From: Alkalispirochaeta sp.
Lineage (GTDB): Bacteria; Spirochaetota; Spirochaetia; DSM-27196; Alkalispirochaetaceae
NCBI GenBank assembly: GCA_965242725.1
Contig: CBDESZ010000004.1
Location: 32,001-96,000 of the forward strand
DNA length: 64,000 nt
Direction of reading: 5' to 3'
Shown here: positions 29,301 through 39,408 of the stretch, one piece after another
How positions within the stretch are numbered: the stretch's first letter is position 1
Layout of the letters: every line of letters begins with the position of its first letter
Notes under the pieces: model-generated
Told to the model about the DNA's origin: nothing
The model's input: the letters and a program-made list of their open reading frames with translations, nothing else
Database searches by the model: none
Translations under genes and position numbers: made by a program

Positions 29301-32300
29301 AATGAACGGCCGTTCCCCGCAGACGCGGGGATGAACCGAACCCGAGCCGGTCACACCAGCAACCTACAGCCCGTTCCCCGCAGACGCGGGGATGAACCGG
29401 CCGAAATCAAAGAATCGATAGCAATATTATGCCGTTCCCCGCAGACGCGGGGATGAACCGGCGGTTCTCGTAGTCGGGGTCGACTTCCTGCACCGTTCCC
29501 CGCAGACGCGGGGATGAACCGTCTACACGTGTTTACTTCAATCGTCAAGTGGCCCGTTCCCCGCAGACGCGGGGATGAACCGGTCTTTTTCCGACGTTAT
29601 CAGCGCCCGCCGTACCGTTCCCCGCAGACGCGGGGATGAACCGAAAGTAGTAGTAGGTAGTGGTACGCTGGTACGCCGTTCCCCGCAGACGCGGGGATGA
29701 ACCGTTGTTGCCCTGCAGTTCTTTGGTCCATGTTCTCCGTTCCCCGCAGACGCGGGGATGAACCGATTTCCGACCTGCTTTGGACCGTATATAAACGCCG
29801 TTCCCCGCAGACGCGGGGATGAACCGTACCGGTTCCGGATTGACCTGGAAGACGAGAACCGTTCCCCGCAGACGCGGGGATGAACCGCCCATTGCGCTCT
29901 GCTTTGCCGTCTCAATGAGCCGTTCCCCGCAGACGCGGGGATGAACCGGTTACCTCCCGCGTCCGTGTGAAAACCGGTACCCGTTCCCCGCAGACGCGGG
30001 GATGAACCGCCAAGGAGGGGTGGGCAATAAACGGTGACGGACCGTTCCCCGCAGACGCGGGGATGAACCGATATCAGAACGGTTTGAGTCTGCGGGTATT
30101 GGCCGTTCCCCGCAGACGCGGGGATGAACCGTTCGATATAATCCAGACCCGCTACACCTCAGTCCGTTCCCCGCAGACGCGGGGATGAACCGCCCACCGA
30201 ACACCTCGACACCGATGAAAACAACCGTTCCCCGCAGACGCGGGGATGAACCGGCGTGAGCGAGCCGGTGTTGCTCCCGGGCGAGCCGTTCCCCGCAGAC
30301 GCGGGGATGAACCGAGAAACCTCAGGACGAAATGTCAAAGCTCCTGCCGTTCCCCGCAGACGCGGGGATGAACCGAGCATTACCACCACCGTCAGTGTTA
30401 CGCTCACCCGTTCCCCGCAGACGCGGGGATGAACCGCAAAGACCGACGAGCGGAAGGGTTACCTTGATCCGTTCCCCGCAGACGCGGGGATGAACCGCAG
30501 TTCTGAGTGGAGGGCATCGATGCGATGTACCGTTCCCCGCAGACGCGGGGATGAACCGACCAGTACGGATCGGTTTATGAGTACAGCGAGCCGTTCCCCG
30601 CAGACGCGGGGATGAACCGACAGCTCTCCATGGTTTTATGGTCAGCTCAGGCCGTTCCCCGCAGACGCGGGGATGAACCGGTAAAAACCACTTCACCAAC
30701 ACCTCGCCCAATCCGTTCCCCGCAGACGCGGGGATGAACCGCCTGACTTCCCTTCGAAGGCGCCACTTCGCCCCCGTTCCCCGCAGACGCGGGGATGAAC
30801 CGTATCCGGGCCCACGCAACCGCCTCTTCCCGCGCCGTTCCCCGCAGACGCGGGGATGAACCGACGGCGGACAGGCAGAAGAAAGCTGCGAAGGCCCGTT
30901 CCCCGCAGACGCGGGGATGAACCGGAGGTTTGATGGAACTGTATCTGTATGACGACCCGTTCCCCGCAGACGCGGGGATGAACCGTGCCGCGTGTGCGTG
31001 TTCTGGAATGTAGACTCCCGTTCCCCGCAGACGCGGGGATGAACCGAAGCGGACCCCACCATACGGCAGTTTTTCTATCCGTTCCCCGCAGACGCGGGGA
31101 TGAACCGCACCCAAAAAACATCACAGACACGGCATACAACCGTTCCCCGCAGACGCGGGGATGAACCGTACGTTGAGGGAAAACGCACACAGAAGAACAA
31201 CCGTTCCCCGCAGACGCGGGGATGAACCGCCGGGCCAATCGAAGTCACGATCTACGACTACCCGTTCCCCGCAGACGCGGGGATGAACCGGCCTGGTACG
31301 TCGAGTTCTGGGACGCCTCACACCGTTCCCCGCAGACGCGGGGATGAACCGGACCAGCGGGCGGAGGACGGTGCTATGTCTCACCGTTCCCCGCAGACGC
31401 GGGGATGAACCGTATTCAAAATTTATGCTCATCTTTTCTTTCTCCCGTTCCCCGCAGACGCGGGGATGAACCGTGTCCTATGTACTCCGCGACGGTAACC
31501 CGCTGCCGTTCCCCGCAGACGCGGGGATGAACCGACATGGAGGGGGCTGGGTGATGAAAAAAGGCCCGTTCCCCGCAGACGCGGGGATGAACCGAACTTA
31601 TTGAACGAGAACAGGAGACAGCAGCACCGTTCCCCGCAGACGCGGGGATGAACCGGTATATGTCACTCATGCCACCAGGATTATGCTCCGTTCCCGGCAG
31701 ACGCGGGGATGAACCGGAATCAACCGCCTCCTCGAGCGCGTTCGAGTTCCGTTCCCCGCAGAAGCGGGGATGAACCGTTACCTGAACATATCAAACCAAC
31801 TAGTACCACCCGTTCCCCGCAGACGCGGGGATGAACCGTTTAGATCCGGCTAATTGATACATGGCGTGTCCCGTTCCCCGCAGACGCGGGGATGAACCGT
31901 CTTTTAGCGTGTTTTGGTACGCCTTTTATGGCCGTTCCCCGCAGACGCGGGGATGAACCGTAACATTACCAACAGGATCGTTACGCTATGCACCGTTCCC
32001 CGCAGATGCGGGGATGAACCGATGCAGGAAATGTGGAGAGCCCCTTACATCGGCCGTTCCCCGCAGACGCGGGGATGAACCGGCTCGCGTAGTCCGCCCG
32101 GTCGGGGAAGATTTCCGTTCCCCGCAGACGCGGGGATGAACCGGGTATTCCTACGGCTCACGTGGTACAGGAGTACCGTTCCCCGCAGACGCGGGGATGA
32201 ACCGTCTCTTTCATGTATCAGTACCCACATTCCTTTCCGTTCCCCGCAGACGCGGGGATGAACCGAACACCGATGTGATCGATTCGGTGCCGGTTGCCCG

Positions 32301-32621
32301 TTCCCCGCAGACGCGGGGATGAACCGGTTGCGCACAAGGTCAGATATCTCCGGTATACCCGTTCCCCGCAGACGCGGGGATGAACCGCGAATCCTCCACC
32401 ACATCTGGATCACCCGCCGCCGTTCCCCGCAGACGCGGGGATGAACCGGAATCAACCGCCTCCTCGAGCGCGTTCGAGTTCCGTTCCCCGCAGGCGCGGG
32501 GATGAACCGCGTCACCATTGTGGCTGCTGCTGTTTCGAGTGCCGTTCCCCGCAGACGCGGGGATGAACCGATGGAAGTTGATCTGCGAACAGCGCGGATC
32601 GTCCGTTCCCCGCAGACGCGG
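26385..32621 (+). CRISPR. Type I-E CRISPR array, ~103 repeats / ~102 spacers
   Basis: 29-bp repeat CCGTTCCCCGCAGACGCGGGGATGAACCG with ~61-bp period (count estimated as span/61). Variant repeats only near the distal end. Confidence 0.98.
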
Positions 32622-32768
32622 ACGGGGGCGTGGATTGAAACTCAACGACCGATCCGGTCCCGAGTCCATGCTCCTGTCGCCTCCCGTGCGGGGGCGTGGA
32701 TTGAAACCGGATACAGAAGTGAATGGAGCGTAATGCTTGCGCCGCCCGGGTGCAGGGGATATTGAATG
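32622..32768 (+). CRISPR. Remnant type I-C-like CRISPR array fused to the I-E array
   Basis: Half repeat ACGGGGGCGTGGATTGAAAC, 34-nt spacer, full 32-nt GTCGCCTCCCGTGCGGGGGCGTGGATTGAAAC (32676-32707), spacer, degenerate terminal repeat ~32741-32768. Confidence 0.85.
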
Positions 32769-32826
32769 GGAATAGCACCAACCAGCCGTTGTTGACCACC
32801 GGCGATACCAGCGACATTAATCATGT

Positions 32827-33501
32827 ATGGACGCCTCAGAAGACAAACGGTGGCAGCAACGGCTTGAGAATCTCCAGCGTGCCCTCGGCCTCTTTCAGGA
32901 GGCGGCGGGGCGCCAGAGTCTGTCCGACCTGGAAGCGGAAGGCATGGTCCAGCGCTTTGAATATACCTTTGAGCTGGCATGGGATACGCTCAAGGATTTT
33001 CTGGAAGTGAAGGGTTTTACCGTTGTCTACCCGCGGGACGTGATAAAGACGGCGTTTCAGACCGGATTGATAGCGACAGGCGATGCGTGGTTTGAAATGC
33101 TGGACCGGCGCAATGAAGCGGCCCACACCTACGATAGGCAGCGATTTTTAGAGATCACCGGTGCGATTCGCACCAGGTTTCTTCCAGCCCTTACGACGCT
33201 GGTCGAGCGCCTCAAACAGGAACAAGGGCAATTCGGACTCAGTCGGGAACATCTGAATGCCATTACGGCGGTATTGCGTCGTTTCAGCGACATCGAACGG
33301 GCGGTTATCTTCGACTCCCGGGCCATGGGCACCTTTAAGACCGGTTCCGATCTGGACATTTGTGTATATAGACATTTCCTCTCTTCGACACCAAATCGAT
33401 CAAGTGGGAATGCCGATTACCTGAGTAACGTTACTGTTCCCCACATATGCGGGCGTCGATTGGAAAGACGCCGGTCTTGCACGGTATGGACCAGGAACTG
33501 A
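32827..33501 (+). CDS. HI0074-like HEPN protein running in frame into a degenerate, truncated MNT domain
   Basis: QRFEYTFELAW, PRDVIK, RNEAAHTY, then IFDSRAMGTFKTGSDLDI (GS to DS); similarity lost after ~33370. Confidence 0.7.
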   Translation: MDASEDKRWQQRLENLQRALGLFQEAAGRQSLSDLEAEGMVQRFEYTFELAWDTLKDFLEVKGFTVVYPRDVIKTAFQTGLIATGDAWFEMLDRRNEAAHTYDRQRFLEITGAIRTRFLPALTTLVERLKQEQGQFGLSREHLNAITAVLRRFSDIERAVIFDSRAMGTFKTGSDLDICVYRHFLSSTPNRSSGNADYLSNVTVPHICGRRLERRRSCTVWTRN

Positions 33502-33613
33502 GGGCAATTCTGATCGATGCTCACCAACGCTATCTCCTGTTGCTATTAATAATCTGCCGAATGTGCTCGACCCGGGAGTTGCGGTCAGGATTGGTACCGG
33601 CCAATGGCAAGAA

Positions 33614-33873
33614 TCATGAGTCGCCCAGTACAACAGACGGTACGTCCGCGAGAGACGCGAATGCACCATCAAAGGTGACAATGCGCAACCCGCCGGTAAT
33701 CGCAAATGCGGCGAGATAGCGATCTGTCCAGACTTTTGGTGAGTATGAGCCGGTGAGGGTCAGACGCGCGCCTCACCGTCGCCGACGGTGTCCAGCCACC
33801 GCACCGCGATCGGGTGGTGCTGGTGAGCATCAAATGCGAGTGCCAAGAGGACGTTTACATCAGGAAGAAACAT
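33614..33873 (-). pseudogene. VapC/PIN toxin with internal deletion
   Basis: MFLPDVNVLLALAFDAHQHH...stop, then in another frame VWTDRYLAAFAITGGLRIVTFD. Confidence 0.7.
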
Positions 33874-34111
33874 CGAAGTCTTCTCGCTCGAGCAACGTTG
33901 CGACGCGATCCGGGGTCACACGGACCGATCCGGGGTGCTTTGAGCGGACCAGCGGGAACTCAACCCGCCGTGACTCGAGCCTGACTGCACTTCCGGCCAG
34001 CTCGTGCTCAACCGCCTGTGTTATGAACTCCTTGAGCGTCGTCCCCCTCAACGATGAGACTGCTTTGGCTTTGCGGAATAGCCCGTCCGGAAGATCGATT
34101 GTCGCACGCAT
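33860..34111 (-). CDS. VapB/CopG-like antitoxin
   Basis: MRATIDLPDGLFRKAK ribbon-helix-helix. Overlaps PIN pseudogene. Confidence 0.75.
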   Translation of the reverse strand: MRATIDLPDGLFRKAKAVSSLRGTTLKEFITQAVEHELAGSAVRLESRRVEFPLVRSKHPGSVRVTPDRVATLLEREDFDVSS

Positions 34112-34245
34112 ATTAACATAATATCATATTTGCACTGATGCTCCACGGATTTCCGGGTACATCCCGGGGACTCTCACGGAAGTTCCGGGATGAGTTCTTG
34201 TGGTTTGTATTCCAGGACCACGCCGACGGCTGTCGATGTCCTGAG

Positions 34246-34522
34246 TCAACCCGTAAGCAGGCGCACAAATTGTGCAATCTCGTCGTGGACGGCAGCGCGG
34301 ACTGCAGTGAACTTCTTTTCCAGAAAGGCGAGTTTGTCCCAGTCGTAGTCAAACTCCAGATAGTACCGTTTGAAGTGACGAAATCGCATCAGCTCTTGCA
34401 GGGCATCCCGATTTTCTTCGGAAATGACCCGCGGACGGATGCCGTCGATTTCAAGAACCATCTTCTCCAGCAATTCCGCGTGCTTCCGCGGCCAGGCTCT
34501 TCATACCGTCGTCACCGTTCAT
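34246..34522 (-). pseudogene. HepT-like HEPN toxin, internally deleted
   Basis: HAELLEKM...IRPRVIS...LMRFRHFKRYYL..YDW. N-terminus is in a different frame and too short. Confidence 0.6.
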
Positions 34523-34793
34523 ACACGATCCGTCCCTTATTCAGAAGGAGTTCCCGGAACTCAGGTTCGATACATCCCAGCTGCACGATATCGACGGGAA
34601 ACCTGGTCATACCTTCAACATCACCGAGCAGCGTGAAAAACGTCTCGGCGTCGGTTATTCCTTCTACGGCGATATCGATATCGGAATACTCACGGAACAA
34701 ATCGGGCCTGATAACCGATCCCCACTGCAGAATTCGGGCGGGACGATAGGTGTCGCGGATGAACGCGACGATTCGCTCGGTCCACGTCGTCAT
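34512..34793 (-). CDS. Minimal nucleotidyltransferase (MNT)
   Basis: WGSVIRPDLFREYSDIDIAVEG, VDIV. Confidence 0.75.
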   Translation of the reverse strand: MTTWTERIVAFIRDTYRPARILQWGSVIRPDLFREYSDIDIAVEGITDAETFFTLLGDVEGMTRFPVDIVQLGCIEPEFRELLLNKGRIVYER

Positions 34794-34928
34794 ACTGAAA
34801 GAATACTACATCTCCGGCGTTCTGCTTCACGGGAGCGCCCCTGACGACAGAAAATCACGCCAGTTGACGGGGCGTTGTCGGTGACGTACTCTTTGGACAT
34901 ATCGAAAATTAAAGTGGAGTTTTCTTTA

Positions 34929-36236
34929 ATGAACAGGAAAGTGGTTCGGTTACGAGTATTCCTGGTTGCTCTTTTCCCGCTTCTTGTTTCCGGGTGTGCC
35001 TACTACGTCCAAAAAGGATCGATCTCCCATGGGAATGTGGTAACCGGAGCGGGTACAAGCGCAATCGTCGATGTTTTGCTATCGCTCCTCGTGGGAGCGC
35101 TGGAAGGACTGTTTGTCTGGGGTCCGGCAATCTTTATTGTTCTCTATCCAGTTACCGCCGCAGTACGAAAGGCACGCTTTGCAAAACTCGAAAAAACCGA
35201 AAAACCGCACATGGTTCCGGTGATAAAGGCGGCAGCTCAGAGGGAGCTCACCACGATCACCCCCCCGACGACGTTTATCATGCTTGTTGTCGGCGTTGTT
35301 GGAACGTTCGTTTTCCAGCGAACCGCTTCCGTCGGTCGGTGGAGTATCCCGGGATTCATCGTCGAGGTTGTGCCGGCATGGTTTCTTTCGTTCTGGCGAT
35401 TTGAATATCCGGCGATCACCGTTTCGGCGCTCATTGTCGTCATGTATTCCCTCGTGTCCAGCTATGCGGGCCTGTTCAAACCTCCCGAGAAGGCGATTCT
35501 GGAGGCTTCCAAGAGTAAAAACCTCGACGTCGATACACAGATCGACGAGCAAATATCGCTATCCGAACAGACGTTGGAATCCGGTAGTTCCGTGGAGCAT
35601 CCGGTTTCGGTCAAGGATGAGTCACAGCGCGTCGAGATACCCGAGAATGATACTTCGGATCCCGACGACGAACCTCTTTCCACCCACGCCTCGACGGCTA
35701 CCGGATCGGCCATACTTCCCAGAGCGGATGACACGAAACAGATGGCTTCTCTCCGTCGTGTGATTAATCGATACGCACGCTCCAACCCCAAACTTTCCCG
35801 AAATGGAAACACCCAGGCGGCATTGTCGGAAATCAACGCCGAGTTCGTCTTTTCCGAGTACGGGTACGGCGTTGCGAGTTATCCCGACAATCTTGTTCGA
35901 CTCAAAGTTGTGTGGACGCTGCTTGCCGAGTGTTCCAAATCGGAGGACAAGCGAATCAAGGCGCTTGAAGATCTCAAGCCGATTGTCACCGGCGGATTCC
36001 CCCCCTGGCCACTATGGGCCGCCATCGCCTATTGCCACATTAAGAATGACGATCGCTTTGGCGATTTTGAGAGCTCATGGACCCGTCGGCTCAGCTTCAG
36101 CGCCGACGAGGCTCTCTTCCTGTACAGCGGTATGCGGTTCTGGCGGACGGAAGATCCAGACCTGATTGACTGCATCGAGAAGGTCCGGCGCGCTGCCCAG
36201 GGTTCAAATTGCTACGCCGCGATCGCCGACCGTTAA
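34929..36236 (+). CDS. Hypothetical membrane protein
   Basis: Long ORF, several hydrophobic segments, acidic linker, soluble C-terminal domain. Confidence 0.65.
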   Translation: MNRKVVRLRVFLVALFPLLVSGCAYYVQKGSISHGNVVTGAGTSAIVDVLLSLLVGALEGLFVWGPAIFIVLYPVTAAVRKARFAKLEKTEKPHMVPVIKAAAQRELTTITPPTTFIMLVVGVVGTFVFQRTASVGRWSIPGFIVEVVPAWFLSFWRFEYPAITVSALIVVMYSLVSSYAGLFKPPEKAILEASKSKNLDVDTQIDEQISLSEQTLESGSSVEHPVSVKDESQRVEIPENDTSDPDDEPLSTHASTATGSAILPRADDTKQMASLRRVINRYARSNPKLSRNGNTQAALSEINAEFVFSEYGYGVASYPDNLVRLKVVWTLLAECSKSEDKRIKALEDLKPIVTGGFPPWPLWAAIAYCHIKNDDRFGDFESSWTRRLSFSADEALFLYSGMRFWRTEDPDLIDCIEKVRRAAQGSNCYAAIADR

Positions 36237-36330
36237 GAGGCTGCTGATACATGCGGGCGGCGTCTCGACCGCGCCTTTTTCGCCGTCACCCCACCTCACG
36301 TTCAACGTAGGTCGAGTAGCCCACCACCTT

Positions 36331-36519
36331 CTATTGATACTCCTGATCTGGAAGGGGACTGGAGATCATGAAGTCCGCGGTGGAGCAGTTGCATGCAATG
36401 GGCAGGTTGTAGAGCACGGCGATGCGCAAGAGCGCCTTTACGTCCACATCGTGAGGGTGGGGCGACATGGGGTCCCAGAAAAAGATTATGGCGTCAACCT
36501 TGCCGTCTGCAATGAGCAC
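36331..36519 (-). pseudogene. mgsA: Methylglyoxal synthase C-terminal fragment
   Basis: [35 protein letters not shown]-terminal half absent. Confidence 0.85.
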
Positions 36520-36544
36520 CTCCTCCGGTCGGTGTTTTCCCGGG

Positions 36545-36715
36545 AATCCCCGACGATCCGGTTTGCGATCATTTCATGTATGCGGAGTGCGCCCGGCGGA
36601 ACCGTGAGGTTCAGAATAAAGAAAAAATGAATGAACGTTACACCCGTTGCTGCCGCAACGTTGAAATGCGGGCAAGGCGAGGTAAAGTCTTGCCGGTGCA
36701 ATGAAACGATGGTAC
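36545..36715. repeat. Dispersed copy of vapC 3' end and downstream flank
   Basis: 36578-36628 identical to 52554-52604 (51 bp); 36646-36682 identical to 54672-54708 (37 bp). Confidence 0.85.
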
Positions 36716-36772
36716 AACCGGGTGACAGGGAATTCATACAATGCGGGATGTCAATTGAAGCTATTGAGATCA

Positions 36773-38557
36773 ATGATGCCACGGAAGCTCTCGCGGACAT
36801 TCGGGAATCTTCCCTTGCGACAGAAGTATCTCCTGTCCCATACCGTCGCCGTGTTATTGACCGTTTCGGTTCTGACACCGGCCAGTTACGTTATTTCCCG
36901 GAACCAGCTTGAGAGCCGGACCGCCGATTTTGCGATGGTGATCCTCCAGAAGGCTGCCTTCATCTGGGAAGCGAAGGTGACGGAAATCGTCGATTATTTC
37001 ATCGCCCAGTTTGATGCGGTGGAACTTGGACGGGTCATCAAGGACAGTCTCCGTGCCGACCCGTCGGTTTCCCGGCTGCGGGTAGAACGTGCGTTGTCGG
37101 ACATCATGACCTATAAGAATGAAATCCGGTTTATCCAGATCGACACGATGGATTCACAACGCTTCTTCCGGCGACGCAGCGATTCCACGGTTTCATCCGA
37201 GGTTATCGACGCGCTGATTCCCTATGATAGCGTCCGCGATCTCCGTGCTCGCCCCTTTTTTACCGTCGGACCCGACCATACGGTGATTATGAGCAAAGTG
37301 CTGTACGATCTGGACACCACCGAATACCTTGGGATTCTGACCGTCGGTTTTGACTATGAAACGTTCTCGGTGGTCTTTCCCGACGAAGAGAATCGTGAAC
37401 TGGGGAATGTCATCATATTTGACGCTCTCACAGAGGGGCCGGCGATTTTCTCTTCAGGCGCCGCGTCGCTGGTGGAGGCATTTGCCCCGTGGGGTGACCG
37501 GAGTCGCCTGCAGAGGGAAGGTCTCCTTTCGGTGGGAGATACCGATTACATTGTCGCGGAAATCCGCAGCAGGGACCGGCGGTGGATCCTGCAATCGTAT
37601 ACGGCAATACCCGATATTGCCCGGTTATCCCTGGCCGCCGCACGATATATAATTATCGCAACGATCGTAACCCTCGCAATGGCGATACTGCTTTCGGCGT
37701 ATCTCGCCGGTCGCGAGTCCCGAAGGATCAGCAATATCAAAGACCATGCGCAGCAGATCGCCGCAGGTGACCTGTCCGTACATACCCGTGACGATCACAT
37801 GGATGAACTTGGTCAATTGGCCCGTGCCCTTGAAGACCTTTCAGCGCGAATCGCCTCGCTCGTTGACGGCCTGGCATCGGAACGGGCGCGCCTCGCCGAA
37901 GCGCGGTACCGCGCGATTCAGTCGGAATACAGTGCGCTGCAATCCAAGATCAACCCCCACTTCATCTTCAACACGTTGGAGATGGTCAACAGCATGGCGA
38001 AGCTCAAGGGAGACGATGAAATCTCCGAGGTCGTACAGGGAATCGGCGATCTTTTGCGGGAGAGCGTCCGTCGTCGCCATACCCTCATCCCTCTGGCAGA
38101 AGAGGTCGCGTACATCGAGAAATACCTGAAAATTCAGCAGTTTCTCCACGAAAAACACCTTTCGGTAGATATTCAGGTACCCGAGGAGCTCAACAACCTT
38201 TCGGTACCCACCTTTATCCTTCAGCCTATCGTCGAAAACGCGGTCGTCCACGGCATTGAACCCCGTCGGGATTCGGGGCGTCTCCGTGTCGAAGCGAAAC
38301 GTGACGGTGAAACGTTGATTCTCTCGGTGAGTGACAACGGAGTCGGAATGTCTCCTGAGGCCATTGCCAAAGCGATGGACGAGGAGGAGGTCGACGATCC
38401 GCGGCATACAAAAACGGGTCTCGCGTCGGTGGACCGCCGCCTGCGTATTCTCTTTGGGGAACAGTACGGCGTGAAAATACAAAGTCCCAACGGCGAAGGA
38501 ACAGAGGTTTCACTCTATTTTCCCGTTTCGACGGGGGTGTCGGAATGGGAGATCTGA
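36773..38557 (+). CDS. YesM-like sensor histidine kinase
   Basis: HAMP, ALQSKINPHFIFNTLE, LQPIVENAVVHG. Start uncertain. Confidence 0.9.
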   Translation: MMPRKLSRTFGNLPLRQKYLLSHTVAVLLTVSVLTPASYVISRNQLESRTADFAMVILQKAAFIWEAKVTEIVDYFIAQFDAVELGRVIKDSLRADPSVSRLRVERALSDIMTYKNEIRFIQIDTMDSQRFFRRRSDSTVSSEVIDALIPYDSVRDLRARPFFTVGPDHTVIMSKVLYDLDTTEYLGILTVGFDYETFSVVFPDEENRELGNVIIFDALTEGPAIFSSGAASLVEAFAPWGDRSRLQREGLLSVGDTDYIVAEIRSRDRRWILQSYTAIPDIARLSLAAARYIIIATIVTLAMAILLSAYLAGRESRRISNIKDHAQQIAAGDLSVHTRDDHMDELGQLARALEDLSARIASLVDGLASERARLAEARYRAIQSEYSALQSKINPHFIFNTLEMVNSMAKLKGDDEISEVVQGIGDLLRESVRRRHTLIPLAEEVAYIEKYLKIQQFLHEKHLSVDIQVPEELNNLSVPTFILQPIVENAVVHGIEPRRDSGRLRVEAKRDGETLILSVSDNGVGMSPEAIAKAMDEEEVDDPRHTKTGLASVDRRLRILFGEQYGVKIQSPNGEGTEVSLYFPVSTGVSEWEI

Positions 38558-39312
38558 CGGCATACATCGTCGATGATACCCGGGTAATCCGGGACTCCCT
38601 GGTACAGACGATACGCTGGGAAGAATGCGGTTTCCGGGTGGCAGGTACCGCGGCGGATGGTATCACCGCGGAGAAGGAGATCCGGGAGATACGCCCCAAT
38701 GTGGTCATTACCGATATTCGCATGCCCGGGGCGGACGGTCTGACCCTTGCCGCCAGGGTCCGTGAGTTGTTGCCGGAGACGCAGGTGATCGTCATTACCG
38801 GATTTGGTGAGTTTGAATACGCCCAGGGTTCGCTCAGGGCGGGGGCGATAGATATTATTCTCAAACCGATTCGCAATGCCGATCTGGAAGACGCGCTCCG
38901 GAAAGCGGCGCGGCTCATCGGCGGTACCGCTCCGGCGGCTCGCGGAAACGTTACCCTGCCGGACTATGTAACTGCCAATCGCTCCATCGGCGTCCTGGTC
39001 CGGGCGGTGCTCGTTCATATCGAGGGGAACTACGGGGATGACGTGAACCTGTCCGCACTTGCCGGGAAATTCCGCGTCACCGCCAGCCATCTGAGCCGCA
39101 CATTCCGGAACGAAACGGGATTTACCTTTTTGAAATACCTTACCCGCCGACGGATTGAACATGCACAGGAACTCCTTCCGGACCCTGGAATGCACATATC
39201 GGAGATTGCGTCGGTGTGCGGATTCGGGTCACCCGTTCGTTTTTCCCAACTCTTCAAGCGTCACGTTGGAGTTACACCGAGCGAATACCGGCGCAATATC
39301 ACCGGTTCATAG
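38545..39312 (+). CDS. YesN-like response regulator (REC + AraC)
   Basis: ITDIRMPGADG, FSQLFKRHVGVTPSEYR. Confidence 0.9.
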   Translation: MGDLTAYIVDDTRVIRDSLVQTIRWEECGFRVAGTAADGITAEKEIREIRPNVVITDIRMPGADGLTLAARVRELLPETQVIVITGFGEFEYAQGSLRAGAIDIILKPIRNADLEDALRKAARLIGGTAPAARGNVTLPDYVTANRSIGVLVRAVLVHIEGNYGDDVNLSALAGKFRVTASHLSRTFRNETGFTFLKYLTRRRIEHAQELLPDPGMHISEIASVCGFGSPVRFSQLFKRHVGVTPSEYRRNITGS

Positions 39313-39408
39313 ATCAAAAACGGCACTGTAATTGTCAAAACTCAGGTACTATCGTGCTCTTCAGGGAGGGCCTACCATTACCCCACGAAAACTGAAGGAG
39401 GAATCGAG

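Noticed and set aside
26411..32602. Self-targeting spacers in the main array
   Set aside because: None spotted by eye within the window; needs a proper alignment, so not claimed either way.
26368..32817. Many minus-strand ORFs with VHPRVCGER / GSSPRLRGT / RFIPASAGN
   Set aside because: Translations of CRISPR repeats, not proteins.
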